A stretch of DNA of 64,000 nucleotides from Candidatus Saccharimonadia bacterium (GCA_025449535.1 JANWJF010000001.1:549136-613135), one strand, 5' to 3'. Positions 34,762-44,710 are shown, counted from the stretch's first letter. Made by a program: numbers and translations. The notes: a model not told the origin generated them from the letters alone.

Positions 34762-37488
34762 TCAATCGCTGGCCTGGGGCGATCCGACGACGCTGCCTGA
34801 CACCACCAGGCTGTGGTCCGGGAACCAGGCCCGATTCTCCTGGACCAACCGGAAGTATTCGTTGAAGTGGCCGACGGTGCTGGCGGTGACGGTGAAGTTG
34901 AACAGGGCCGTCTCGCCGGGCAGGATCTCCGTGGCCGGGGTCGAATCGAAGGTCGTGACGTTGAGCACGCGGCCGTCGATCCCGGACGCTCGATTTGCCG
35001 AGAGCCAGGGGTCTTCGCCGGCCAGTGTCGCGAACGAGGAAGACCGGTCCGTCGGGCGGGCGGTGCCCAACCGGACGCGATTGACGCCGCTGACGGGCCA
35101 AGCGTACCGTCCCGTGTTCTTCACCGCGAGCTGGACCACGGCGGTGTCGCCCGTGCGCAGGTCACTCAGGTTCCGGGAGGCGGATTGTCCTACCACCCGG
35201 TAGTCGTAGGTCTGGGCGGTGACGTTCAGTGGCACGGAGATGCCGCGGTCGGGGAACCAGGCCTCGCCCTCGCGGACCAAGTTGAACCGCTCCGTGCGCG
35301 CGCCGCCCTCGACCTCGGAGCTCACCTGCATCGGCACGTTGAACTGCGCGATTTCTCCCTGCTTGATCTCGGCCGCGCCTGTATCCAGGGAATCGCCGTC
35401 AACGCGCCCGTCGATCCCGGAGGCCCGGGTCGGCGAGAACCAAGCGTCGGCGCCGGTCAGCGCGGCGAAGGCCGAGGAGCGATCCTGGGGTCCGCTGGTC
35501 CCGAGCCGGACCGGACTCGGGCCGTCCACCGGCCACGGCACGTGGCCGTGATTCCGAATCCGGACGGTGGCGGTGACCGTGTCACCGTAGCCGAGGTCCG
35601 CCGGGTTCTGTGAGTAACGTTGGCTGACCACCCCGTAGTCGTAGTCCCCGGAGCGCACGGTGACCGGGACATACTTGTCCGATTCCCGCAGCCACTCCTT
35701 GCCGTCGATCACCGGTCGGAAGTACTCGCGATATGACCCGTCCGGCTTGGAGGCCGACTTCACCTGGAAGTCGAACCGGGCGATCTGGCCGGGGTCGACC
35801 ACGTCCTCGGCCGGCGCGTCGGCCACGGCGTCGATGGTGCTGGCCCGGCTGGCGGAGATCCAGTCCGGGCCCCGGAACGCGGATGACCGGTCGCGTTTCC
35901 GATCGGTGCCGAGCCGGAGCGGACCGCCGACCTTCCATGAGGACTGGCCGCTGTTCCGGATGTAGACCCGAGCCGTCTCGGTGTCGCCGCCGAGGGATAT
36001 CGGATCAGGGTCGTCCTGCTTCACCCATGCGTAATGGTTGCCCTTGGGCAGCACGCGCAAGCCGAAGTGAAGGTTGGCATCCAGCCAACGATCGCCCTCG
36101 ATTACCGGCCGGAAATGCTCGCGGTACTCGCCCGACTTGCTGGGAGACTTGACAGTGAACGAGAAGACGCCGATCTGTCCCGGCTTCACGGCGGACGCGG
36201 GGGTGATCCGGCTCTCCGACGGGATGTAGATGCCGTCCAGTTTGGACGCGCGGTTCCCGGCAAGCCATCCTTCGCTGCCGGGTACCCGGCCGCCGGACTT
36301 CACGGCGAACCCGCTGCGCCGGTCGCGGCGATGCTCGGTCCCGAGCCGTACGGGATGCTTGCCGCCCGCGTTCCAGGCGAAGTCGCCGGTGTTCTTAATG
36401 TAGGCTTTCAGGTTCACGAGGGTGCCGCCGGCCAAATACCGGTGCGTGTCCGTCCGGGTCAGGGAGACCGGGGAGAGGTCGTCATGGGCCGTGACGCGGT
36501 AGCCTTGGGCTCCGTACCGCGGCAAGCGGACCGTCACCTTAGCGTGCATACCGGTGTCCCGCATCCAGCCGACGCCTTCCACGACTGGCCGGAAGTACTT
36601 ATGGTACGTCCCCGGCTTCACTCCCTTGTTGTTGAACCGCGCCCGGAAGACGGCGGTCTGGCCGGGGGCGGTGTCGGACTGCATCTCGATCCGGCTGGGA
36701 TTCAGCCAGCCGTGTCCGCCCATGCCGGCCGAGAAGGCGGTGCGGTGGTCTCGCGGACGGTCGGTCCCGAGCCGTACGGGGTTGGCGCCGCCCTTGCTCC
36801 AGGTTGCGGTGCCGGTGTTCCGCAGGCGGAACTCGACCCAGTATTCCGAGGACTTGCCCTGAACGGTGGCCCCGGTCTGCGAGATATGGCTGTAGTTATA
36901 CGTCGGCTGCCGCACCTGACGGTTCTGGATATAGCGGGTCGGGTGGGTGTAGCGGTTGATCTCTCCACCGCGCTCGTACCCGTTGATCAGGGACCAGTAG
37001 CTTCCGGTCGCCGTGCCGTAAGACCCGGGCGTGATCGAGAAGTGGAGGTGCGCTCCCCAGCGGCCGTTCTCCCGGGTGTGTCCTGGGCCGATGGTACCGA
37101 TCCGTTGGCCCTTGCCGACCCGCTGTCCGGCGCTGACCCGGCGGTCGTTGCCAAGGTGTCCGTACAGCCCGACCGCCCGCGACCCGTCGTCATGTTCGAT
37201 CATGATCAGGTTGCCCCAGCGCCAGGAGTCCGGCGTGAGCGCAGAGTACTTCACCGTGCCATCGGCGATCGCGTAGACCGGTGTCCCGGCCCGGCACCCG
37301 ATGTCCTGCCCGGAGTGATACCCCCAACCGGAGACGAACTGGCGGAAGTCGTAGCCGGACAAGCGCCAGGGGGAGCAGCCGTACTGGTACCCGGAAGCCG
37401 CGTGGCTGGGTCCGGCACCGACGAACGCCGCGGCGGCGATCAGGACCGCTGCCGTCATTCCCAGGATGAGTGTCTTCCGCCTATGCAT
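34762..37488 (-). CDS. Secreted M23 peptidase with five Ig-like repeats (paralog of 32402-34699)
   Basis: HSGQD and HLH motifs; five repeats of the same unit. Confidence 0.85.
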   Translation of the reverse strand: MHRRKTLILGMTAAVLIAAAAFVGAGPSHAASGYQYGCSPWRLSGYDFRQFVSGWGYHSGQDIGCRAGTPVYAIADGTVKYSALTPDSWRWGNLIMIEHDDGSRAVGLYGHLGNDRRVSAGQRVGKGQRIGTIGPGHTRENGRWGAHLHFSITPGSYGTATGSYWSLINGYERGGEINRYTHPTRYIQNRQVRQPTYNYSHISQTGATVQGKSSEYWVEFRLRNTGTATWSKGGANPVRLGTDRPRDHRTAFSAGMGGHGWLNPSRIEMQSDTAPGQTAVFRARFNNKGVKPGTYHKYFRPVVEGVGWMRDTGMHAKVTVRLPRYGAQGYRVTAHDDLSPVSLTRTDTHRYLAGGTLVNLKAYIKNTGDFAWNAGGKHPVRLGTEHRRDRRSGFAVKSGGRVPGSEGWLAGNRASKLDGIYIPSESRITPASAVKPGQIGVFSFTVKSPSKSGEYREHFRPVIEGDRWLDANLHFGLRVLPKGNHYAWVKQDDPDPISLGGDTETARVYIRNSGQSSWKVGGPLRLGTDRKRDRSSAFRGPDWISASRASTIDAVADAPAEDVVDPGQIARFDFQVKSASKPDGSYREYFRPVIDGKEWLRESDKYVPVTVRSGDYDYGVVSQRYSQNPADLGYGDTVTATVRIRNHGHVPWPVDGPSPVRLGTSGPQDRSSAFAALTGADAWFSPTRASGIDGRVDGDSLDTGAAEIKQGEIAQFNVPMQVSSEVEGGARTERFNLVREGEAWFPDRGISVPLNVTAQTYDYRVVGQSASRNLSDLRTGDTAVVQLAVKNTGRYAWPVSGVNRVRLGTARPTDRSSSFATLAGEDPWLSANRASGIDGRVLNVTTFDSTPATEILPGETALFNFTVTASTVGHFNEYFRLVQENRAWFPDHSLVVSGSVVGSPQASD

Positions 37489-37530
37489 ATGTTCGTTTCG
37501 TGCTCAGTATCCTTTCCGAAAAATTAGCTT

Positions 37531-37559
37531 AATATAGCAAAAAAATAGCACCTTGTCAA
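37531..37559 (-). promoter_or_regulatory. Near-consensus sigma70 promoter of the M23 gene
   Basis: TTGACA-17nt-TATATT with TG extended -10. Confidence 0.8.
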
Positions 37560-37591
37560 GTCCTTTAAGCTTGGTTGAGCTATTTTTTGAT

Positions 37592-37728
37592 CACAACAAA
37601 CAGAGCCCCAGCGATTCGCTGGAGCCCTGTATCCCTCTCGGGGTTTTTGTTGACGGTACCCGGGTACCGATGAATTCTCACGGACGGCTTTTTGCCGCCA
37701 GCGATTTTTGTTTTCACTTCCTAGTGTA
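37592..37728 (-). promoter_or_regulatory. Candidate attenuator/riboswitch-like leader with intrinsic terminator
   Basis: TACACT (37728-37723); 14-bp terminator stem 37630-37600 with G-U pairs only on the minus strand, then TTGTT; upstream TCGCTGG (37704-37698) can pair with the terminator 5' arm. Confidence 0.55.
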
Positions 37729-37943
37729 CCTTGCCGGATTCAGGCAAAGGGCTTTTCGGGAAAAGTAAAATTGTCTTGGTTAAGGTAAAAAAGCATTTAC
37801 CGAACAAGGCTATTCCGGGTCCGACTGGGGAAAATCCCCTTCCTTCGGAAATAAAAAGCCATGTCAAGCGGTGTCCGGTGGCGGTCAGGAATATCTAGTG
37901 CACGCTTGCTTAGACCCTATTCCGAACGCGTACACTGGAAGTG

Positions 37944-39011
37944 ATGGCAATCCTGACGTACGCCTTCCTGCTTACCTTCGCCGCCGCCGCGGCGCTCACG
38001 CCGTGGGTCGGACGGTTCGCGCTCAAATCCGGGATCGTCGACCATCCGGGCGGCCGGCGGATTCACCGGAAGGTGACGCCGCGCCTCGGCGGGGCGGCGG
38101 TGATGGCGGCGTTCTTCATCGGGTTCCTGGTCTTCCTGCCGCAGTTGTCCCCGAACTTCCGCCCCGGGCAGCTACTGATCTTCTCACTGACCGCCCTCTT
38201 CCTGTTGGCGGTCGGGTTCGTCGACGACAAGCGCGGCTTGCCGCCCGCGGTGCAGCTGCTGAGCCACGCCGTGGCCGGCGTCTCGTTGGCCGCCGCCGGG
38301 ATGGCGATCGAGGAGGTGACCAACCCGTTTGGCGGGAAGGTCGCGTTGGACCAGCTCCAAGTCGCGATGCCGTTCGACGCCGGAGGGCGGATGCTGAACC
38401 TGCCGGCGGACCTGATCACCGTGGTCTGGGTGGTACTGGTGATCAACGCCGTGAACTGGCTGGACGGCTTGGACGGCCTGGCGGCCGGAGTCGGCGGAAT
38501 CGCGGCGGTCACCGTCGCGTTGCTCTCGCTATCGGCCGTCGTGGGCCAGCCGCACGTCGCACTGCTGGCATTGCTCCTGGCGGGGAGCATCGGCGGGTTC
38601 CTGGTCTATAACTTCCATCCGGCGAAGATATTCCTGGGGACGGTCGGTTCGACGTTCATCGGCTACGTTCTGGCGACGCTGGCGGTGATCTCCGGTGGCA
38701 AGATCGCGACGGCGTTCCTGGTGCTCGGCTTTCCGATCCTGGACGCGACCACGATCATCCTGCGCCGGATCGCCACCGGCGCCCCGCCATGGAAGCCGGA
38801 CACGCGGCACCTCCACCACCTGTTGCTGAAGCGCGGCTTCTCCGTCCGCAAGACGGTCCTGTTCCTGTACGGCGTCTCGGCCGTCTTTGGCCTGACGGCG
38901 CTGATCGCCGGGACTACCGGCCGCAAGGTATTGATGGCGGCGGTACTCGCCGTGATGCTGGCCGCTTTGCTGGTCTGGCTGGCCCGGCCGGTCGCCAAGT
39001 CTGCAAAGTAA
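37944..39011 (+). CDS. MraY/WecA/TagO-family polyprenyl-phosphate HexNAc-1-P transferase
   Basis: TPRLGG, GFVDD, NAVNWLDGLDGLA, NFHPAKIFLG and DTRHLHH motifs. Confidence 0.92.
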   Translation: MAILTYAFLLTFAAAAALTPWVGRFALKSGIVDHPGGRRIHRKVTPRLGGAAVMAAFFIGFLVFLPQLSPNFRPGQLLIFSLTALFLLAVGFVDDKRGLPPAVQLLSHAVAGVSLAAAGMAIEEVTNPFGGKVALDQLQVAMPFDAGGRMLNLPADLITVVWVVLVINAVNWLDGLDGLAAGVGGIAAVTVALLSLSAVVGQPHVALLALLLAGSIGGFLVYNFHPAKIFLGTVGSTFIGYVLATLAVISGGKIATAFLVLGFPILDATTIILRRIATGAPPWKPDTRHLHHLLLKRGFSVRKTVLFLYGVSAVFGLTALIAGTTGRKVLMAAVLAVMLAALLVWLARPVAKSAK

Positions 39012-39028
39012 ATCAGACCATATATGAA

Positions 39029-39070
39029 TAGGGCCCGCTCCGTGCGCTATGCGCGTTGGGGCGGGCCCTA
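39029..39070. terminator. Hairpin between convergent genes
   Basis: TAGGGCCCGCTCC ... GGGGCGGGCCCTA. Confidence 0.6.
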
Positions 39071-39083
39071 GCCCTGACGGATG

Positions 39084-39395
39084 TCAGAAGATGCTGCTCA
39101 GCAGGTAGTAGCCGACGAGAAAGCATCCGGTTCCGGCGACAACGACGGCGAAGAAAATCGCGAACACCTTCGTCGACTCTTCTTCCAGCTGGAGGCCGCG
39201 GTCGACTCTCCATAGGAATACCGAGACCAGGGCGATTCCCAGCAGTAGGCTGACGAAGCCGAGCATTTCCAGTCCGGCGCCGTACAGGAGGCCGCAGAGG
39301 AGCATCAGTACCAGCGCCGCGGGCGCGGCCACGGCACCGAGTGCCCCTAGGGCTGTGGACGGCCTCGCCGAAGCGGGTTCCGCGTTCGCGGGCAT
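39084..39395 (-). CDS. Hypothetical three-TM membrane protein
   Basis: 103 aa; SD GGAGGT; own promoter TTGCTG(39463-39458)-17nt-TACTAT(39440-39435). Confidence 0.7.
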   Translation of the reverse strand: MPANAEPASARPSTALGALGAVAAPAALVLMLLCGLLYGAGLEMLGFVSLLLGIALVSVFLWRVDRGLQLEEESTKVFAIFFAVVVAGTGCFLVGYYLLSSIF

Positions 39396-39527
39396 GACAT
39401 ACCTCCAGGTTCGAAAGGGCGATTGGTAAATCCCATAGTAGAGACAAAAAGATGTACCAGCAAGCGTTTTGCTATCGATGGACGGCCGTGGCGCCAGGGC
39501 CGGGTCTCACGGTAAGCTAAGGACCGT

Positions 39528-39752
39528 ATGGCCAAGAAGGACAGCAAGGACATCAGCGCCGGCAAAGGCCTCTGGATGGGACTCCTCATCCTCGGGCAGG
39601 TGACGGCGATCCTGGTGATCACCGCGATCGCCGGGTACGTGCTCGACCTGACGTTCGACACGGCGCCGTTCGCGCTGGCCGGCAGCGTGATCGTCGGCGG
39701 CATCGGCGCGACCCTTATCGTCCTGAAGGAAGTAGCGAGGATCAGCAAGTAA
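39528..39752 (+). CDS. atpI: AtpZ/AtpI family protein
   Basis: Two TMs with GYVLD...TAP; directly upstream of atpB. Confidence 0.75.
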   Translation: MAKKDSKDISAGKGLWMGLLILGQVTAILVITAIAGYVLDLTFDTAPFALAGSVIVGGIGATLIVLKEVARISK

Positions 39753-40546
39753 TGGCTGCCGAGCTCCACACGCCGCCGCTCGGTCCGGAGCATCTCTTCG
39801 AGGTCGCGGGCATCCCGATCACCAACGGGATCCTCGGTACCTGGGTGGCGATGGCGCTGCTGATCCTGTTCCTGCTGGTCGCGACCCGAAAACTCCGGGC
39901 AGTACCGAAGGGCAGCCAGAACATGCTCGAGATGATCGTCGAGCAGCTGACCGGCATTGTGAACACGGTGATGGAAGACGAAGACAAGACCCGAAAATAC
40001 CTGCCGTTGATCCTGACGATCTTCCTCTTCGTGCTGTTCCTGAACTGGGCGGCGCTGCTGCCGGGCTTCGGCACGATCCTGTTCGACACGGGACACGGCC
40101 ACGAGGCCTCGCTCTTGCGGGCGGGCTCGACCGACCTCAACCTCACCTTCGCGATGGCCGGCGTGGCGTTCCTGGTCGTCCAGGCCACCGGCCTGGTGGT
40201 GGTCGGCATCTTCAAGTACCTCAGCAAGTTCGTGCACGTGCACAGCGCGTTCCACCGTCCGTTCAAGATCAGGAACGTCCTGATGACCATCCCGAACTTC
40301 CTGCTCGGCCTCACTGAGCTGATCTCCGAGGTCGCGAAGTTCATCGCGCTGAGCTTCCGGCTCTACGGCAACATCTACGCCGGCGAGGTCCTGCTGGTCG
40401 TGTTCGGGACGCTGTTGCCCGTCTTCGTGCCGTTGTCCGGCCCGTTCTACCTGCTGGAGGTCTTCGTCGGCCTGATTCAGGCGTTCGTGTTTGCTATGCT
40501 GACTATTGTGTTCATCAAGATCGCGTCGCTGAATACGGAACACTGA
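39752..40546 (+). CDS. atpB: F0F1 ATP synthase subunit a
   Basis: LSFRLYGNIYAGE and LEVFVGLIQAFVFAML motifs. Confidence 0.96.
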   Translation: MAAELHTPPLGPEHLFEVAGIPITNGILGTWVAMALLILFLLVATRKLRAVPKGSQNMLEMIVEQLTGIVNTVMEDEDKTRKYLPLILTIFLFVLFLNWAALLPGFGTILFDTGHGHEASLLRAGSTDLNLTFAMAGVAFLVVQATGLVVVGIFKYLSKFVHVHSAFHRPFKIRNVLMTIPNFLLGLTELISEVAKFIALSFRLYGNIYAGEVLLVVFGTLLPVFVPLSGPFYLLEVFVGLIQAFVFAMLTIVFIKIASLNTEH

Positions 40547-40566
40547 CCCGCGACGCGCATATATAA

Positions 40567-40809
<243 letters not shown>

Positions 40810-40818
40810 GAGATTCGT

Positions 40819-41331
40819 ATGGAGATCCTCGAACGATTCGGCATCGAGGGTAAGCTGTTGCTTGTCCAACTGATCAACTTCGCGATCCTGCTCGTGATCG
40901 TTTGGAAGTTCATCCTGCCCCGGCTGACCAAACTGATGCGCGACCGGGAACAGAAGGTCGCCGACTCACTGAAGCAGGCGGAGCAGGCTCGTAAGGAAGC
41001 AGAGGAGCTTCAGGCGCAGCAGGCCAAGGACCGCGAGGCCGCCCGAGCCGAGGCCGAGCGGATCCTCGCTGAGGCCAAGGAAGCGGCCCACGAGTCCAAG
41101 GAGCAGGTCATGGCGGAGGCCCGGAAGGAAGCGTCCGCGCTCCGTGAGCGGACCGAGGAAGCGCTGGCCCAGGAGCGCGAGTCGCTACGGACGGAACTCC
41201 GCGCGGAACTGGCCGGCCTGACCGTCGAGACCACCCGGAAGATCCTGACCGATGTCGTGAAGCCGGCGGACCGCAAGCGCCTGGTCCAGGCCGCGGAGAA
41301 GCACCTCGCCAAGGAGAAGAAGCGTGGCTGA
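40819..41331 (+). CDS. atpF: F0F1 ATP synthase subunit b
   Basis: QLINFAILL TM followed by coiled coil; operon position. Confidence 0.93.
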   Translation: MEILERFGIEGKLLLVQLINFAILLVIVWKFILPRLTKLMRDREQKVADSLKQAEQARKEAEELQAQQAKDREAARAEAERILAEAKEAAHESKEQVMAEARKEASALRERTEEALAQERESLRTELRAELAGLTVETTRKILTDVVKPADRKRLVQAAEKHLAKEKKRG

Positions 41332-41845
41332 CCTCGGACCGTACGCGGACGCGCTGGCGACCGTCGCCACGGACCAGGCCGCGGCGTGGCGGGAACTGGC
41401 GGCGTTGTCCGAGGCCGTCTCCCGTGAGCCCGAGCTCAAGCGGGGCCTGATCGACGCGGCCGCCCGGCGGGAGCCGGCCCGCGGCAAACGCCTGGCGAAA
41501 CTGCTGAAGCCGGTGAGCGCGCCGGTCGCCAAGCTGGTGGCACTGCTCCTGGCGGAGGGCGCGATCGACCGCCTGTCCGAGCTCGTCGACGTCCTGGCCC
41601 GGAGGCTGTCCAAACGGGGCTACGTCCGGGTGCACCTGGAATCGGCGGACCCGCTGCCCGATACTGAAGTACGTACCGTACTCCGTGCGCTGAAGGTCGC
41701 GCCGGCGAAAGCGCTGGTGACCTCCGAGACGGATCCCTCGTTGATCGCCGGCATCCGGGCCGCCGTGGACGGACAGGTACGTGACGCGACGCTGGGCGGC
41801 CGGCTCGACCGGGTCGCCGAAGCGCTGACGGGAGCGAACGCATAA
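41324..41845 (+). CDS. atpH: F1 ATP synthase subunit delta
   Basis: YADAL N-terminus and DPSLIAGI...DATL C-terminus; operon position. Confidence 0.85.
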   Translation: MADLGPYADALATVATDQAAAWRELAALSEAVSREPELKRGLIDAAARREPARGKRLAKLLKPVSAPVAKLVALLLAEGAIDRLSELVDVLARRLSKRGYVRVHLESADPLPDTEVRTVLRALKVAPAKALVTSETDPSLIAGIRAAVDGQVRDATLGGRLDRVAEALTGANA

Positions 41846-41850
41846 CCATC

Positions 41851-43350
41851 ATGGCCAAGACAACCGAACAGATCGTCGAATCGCTGAAGACCGCCGTCGG
41901 ACGGGCCAAGGTCGGCTCGGAGCTGGCAGACACCGGCCGGATCATCACCGTCGGCGACGGCATCGCCATCGTCTCCGGGCTGTCCGGCGTCCAAGCCGCC
42001 GAGAAGCTGGCGTTCCCGGGCGGACGGTCCGGCATGGCCCTGAACCTCGAGGAAGGTACCGTCGGCGTGGTCCTGCTGGACGGCGCGGCCGGCCTCTCCG
42101 AAGGCGACGAGGTCCGGCGCACCGGCGAGGTCATGAACGTGCCGGTCGGCGAGGAACTCGTCGGTCGCGTGGTCAACGCACTCGGCGAGCCGATCGACGG
42201 CAAAGGGCCGGTCAAGACGAAGCAACGCGAGCCGGTCGAGAAGATCGCGCCGGGCGTGATCAGCCGGAAGTCCGTCGGCGAACCGCTGCACACCGGCATC
42301 AAGGCCATCGACGCGATGGTGCCGATCGGCCGCGGCCAACGGGAGCTGATCATCGGCGACCGCCAATCCGGCAAGACGACCATCGCCGTCGACACCATCC
42401 TGAACCAGGAGGACGTGATCTCGATCTACGTCGCCGTGGGTCAGAAGGAGTCGAAGGTCCGGCGTCTAGTGGCGACCCTGGAGAAGGGCGGCGCGATGAA
42501 GCGCTCGATCATCGTCGTGGCTTCCGCGACGGACCCGGCGGCCCAGCAGTACCTGGCGCCGTACGCCGGCGCGACCATGGGCGAATACTTCCGTGACAAC
42601 GGCAAGGACGCCTTGATCGTCTTCGACGACCTCTCCAAGCACGCCTCGGCCTACCGCGAGCTCTCGCTCCTGCTCCGCCGCCCGTCCGGTCGCGAGGCCT
42701 ACCCGGGCGACGTCTTCTACCTGCACTCGCGGTTACTGGAACGCGCGGCCAGGCTTGAAGACAAGCACGGGGGCGGCTCGCTGACCGCCCTGCCGGTGAT
42801 CGAGACCCAGGCCGGCGGTCTCGACGCGTACATCCCGACCAACGTGATCTCGATTACGGACGGCCAGATCTACCTGGAGACGGATCTCTTCTATCAGGGC
42901 ATCCGTCCGGCGATCAACGTCGGCAACTCGGTCTCCCGGGTCGGCGGCAGCGCCCAGAACAAGGGCATGAAGTCGGTGGCCGGCACGCTCCGCCTGGAGC
43001 TGGCGCAGTACCGCGAACTGGCGGCCTTCGCCCAGTTCGGTTCCGACCTGGACGAGGCGACCCAGAAGAAGCTGGAGCGCGGCAAGCGGCTCACCGAGAT
43101 GCTGAAGCAGCCGCAGAACCAGCCGCTGTCGGAATGGGCCGAGGTCGCGGCGATCTACGCCGTCACCAGCGGCGGGTTGGACGACGTCGCGCCGGAGCAG
43201 GTCGGCGCGTTCGAGGCGGCGCTGCGGAAGCAGCTCGAGACCAAGGAGAAGAAGTTGGTCGAAGAGATGCGCAAGGACCCGAAGCTGCCGGACGCGCAGA
43301 AGAAACGGTTGGATTCGATCATCGCCTCGGTCAAGAAGAAGCTGAAATGA
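41851..43350 (+). CDS. atpA: F1 ATP synthase subunit alpha
   Basis: [17 protein letters not shown] and [20 protein letters not shown]. Confidence 0.98.
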   Translation: MAKTTEQIVESLKTAVGRAKVGSELADTGRIITVGDGIAIVSGLSGVQAAEKLAFPGGRSGMALNLEEGTVGVVLLDGAAGLSEGDEVRRTGEVMNVPVGEELVGRVVNALGEPIDGKGPVKTKQREPVEKIAPGVISRKSVGEPLHTGIKAIDAMVPIGRGQRELIIGDRQSGKTTIAVDTILNQEDVISIYVAVGQKESKVRRLVATLEKGGAMKRSIIVVASATDPAAQQYLAPYAGATMGEYFRDNGKDALIVFDDLSKHASAYRELSLLLRRPSGREAYPGDVFYLHSRLLERAARLEDKHGGGSLTALPVIETQAGGLDAYIPTNVISITDGQIYLETDLFYQGIRPAINVGNSVSRVGGSAQNKGMKSVAGTLRLELAQYRELAAFAQFGSDLDEATQKKLERGKRLTEMLKQPQNQPLSEWAEVAAIYAVTSGGLDDVAPEQVGAFEAALRKQLETKEKKLVEEMRKDPKLPDAQKKRLDSIIASVKKKLK

Positions 43351-43859
43351 CCCCGAAGACGACCCTGTACCTGGCGATTACCGTCAACGGGATGATCGCC
43401 AAGCAGAACGGCCACGTCGACCATGTGTCCAAGCAGTCGTTTGCCGGCTACCGCCGGATGATCAAACGGGCCGGTAATGTTGTCGTCGGCCGGCGAACCT
43501 ATGAAGACATGCTCGAAGGCGGTGATCTCAAAGGTTTGCATGTAGAGGCCTGTGTAGTCAGTCGGAAACGGTTCACGGCCAAAGAGCCGTTCCACGCCGT
43601 GACCTCTCCGCACCGCGCCCTGGCTTGGTTGGCCAAGCAAGGACAGACGAACGTGTTGGTGACCGGCGGTGCGCATATCGCGGCTTCGTTCATGAAAGCC
43701 GGGTTGGTCGATGAACTATACGTCGATGTGGAACCGACCGCGCTCGGCAGCGGCGTGAACCTGTTTGAAGGCAAGGACTTTGAGGTCAAGCTCAAGTTGC
43801 TCGGCACCAAGAAGCTCTCGCGGGACGAGGTGCAACTGCGTTATAAAGTGGTGAAGTAA
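43347..43859 (+). CDS. Dihydrofolate reductase / RibD C-terminal family protein
   Basis: [31 protein letters not shown] and LGSGVNLF motifs; ATGA overlap with atpA and TAATG overlap with atpG. Confidence 0.88.
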   Translation: MTPKTTLYLAITVNGMIAKQNGHVDHVSKQSFAGYRRMIKRAGNVVVGRRTYEDMLEGGDLKGLHVEACVVSRKRFTAKEPFHAVTSPHRALAWLAKQGQTNVLVTGGAHIAASFMKAGLVDELYVDVEPTALGSGVNLFEGKDFEVKLKLLGTKKLSRDEVQLRYKVVK

Positions 43860-44710
43860 TGGCTTCCACGCGCGACATCAAACGGCGGCTGTCCTCGATC
43901 GACAACACCCGGCAGATCACCCGGGCGATGGAGATGGTGGCGGCCACCAAGATGCGCAAGGCCCAGGCGGCCGTCCGAGCCGGCCGGGAGTACGGCGAGC
44001 GGGCGCAGGAACTCCTGAACGCAGTGTCCGCCGAAGCCGACGGGCGGGAACAGCCGCTGCTGGCCCGCCGACCGATCAAGCGGACGGGCGTGGTGCTGGT
44101 CACCTCCGACCGGGGCCTCGCCGGAGCGATGAACACGAACGTCCTGAAGGCCGGTTTGGGAGCGGCGAAAGGCGGTCAAAGCACGTTCGTCCCGGTAGGA
44201 CGCAAGGCCGAGCAGGCGCTCTCTGCACGCAAGCTGCCGATGACCGCCGCCTTCAGCGGATTGCTGGACACCCCGGAGTACCAGGAGGTCCTGCCGATCG
44301 CGGAGATCCTGATCAACGACTTCACCGAGGGAAAGCTGGACGCGATCGACCTGGTCTATCCACGGTTCGTTTCCACACTGAGGAACGAACCGGTCGTCGA
44401 ACGGCTCCTGCCGGCGACGCTGCCGGAGAAGAAGGAAGGCGGACAATCGGCCCGCGCCTTGCTCAACTTCGAGCCGAGCCCGGAGGAAGTGCTCACCGCG
44501 CTGCTGCCGCGGTTGATCGAGATCCGGCTGTTCACGGCGCTGCTCGAGACCAAGGCCTCCGAGCATTCCGCGCGGATGATCGCGATGCGGAACGCCACCG
44601 GGAACGCCGAGGACCTGCTGGACGCGCTCAAGCTCAGCTATAACCAGGCCCGGCAGCAGGCGATCACCACCGAGATCGCCGAGATTTCGGCTGCGAGCGC
44701 CACGAAGTAG
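43859..44710 (+). CDS. atpG: F1 ATP synthase subunit gamma
   Basis: ITRAMEMVAA, SDRGLAG, ASEHSARMIAM and YNQARQQAITTEI motifs. Confidence 0.97.
   Translation: MASTRDIKRRLSSIDNTRQITRAMEMVAATKMRKAQAAVRAGREYGERAQELLNAVSAEADGREQPLLARRPIKRTGVVLVTSDRGLAGAMNTNVLKAGLGAAKGGQSTFVPVGRKAEQALSARKLPMTAAFSGLLDTPEYQEVLPIAEILINDFTEGKLDAIDLVYPRFVSTLRNEPVVERLLPATLPEKKEGGQSARALLNFEPSPEEVLTALLPRLIEIRLFTALLETKASEHSARMIAMRNATGNAEDLLDALKLSYNQARQQAITTEIAEISAASATK

Noticed and set aside
32402-37488. Repeated DNA blocks suggesting a CRISPR array or DGR template/variable repeats
   Set aside because: They are degenerate in-frame protein domain repeats; no fixed repeat-spacer period, cas gene or reverse transcriptase is present.
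37630-37750. Resemblance of the minus-strand leader to a c-di-AMP (ydaO) riboswitch (CTGAATCC...GGTAC and CCGTCAAC..AACCCCG)
   Set aside because: The core GGGGGA and GGGGTGAATC segments are missing and the 5' look-alike overlaps the predicted promoter, so it is reported only as an unnamed attenuator candidate.
37490-37940. AT-rich 450-bp intergenic region as a possible replication origin
   Set aside because: No cluster of TTATCCACA boxes and no dnaA/dnaN nearby; promoters and the structured leader explain it.
23072-39445. Identical 15-mer GTCTCTACTATGGGA at 23072-23086 (+) and 39445-39431 (-)
   Set aside because: A few 15-bp matches are expected by chance in 64 kb, flanks are unrelated and part of it is just a -10-like hexamer.
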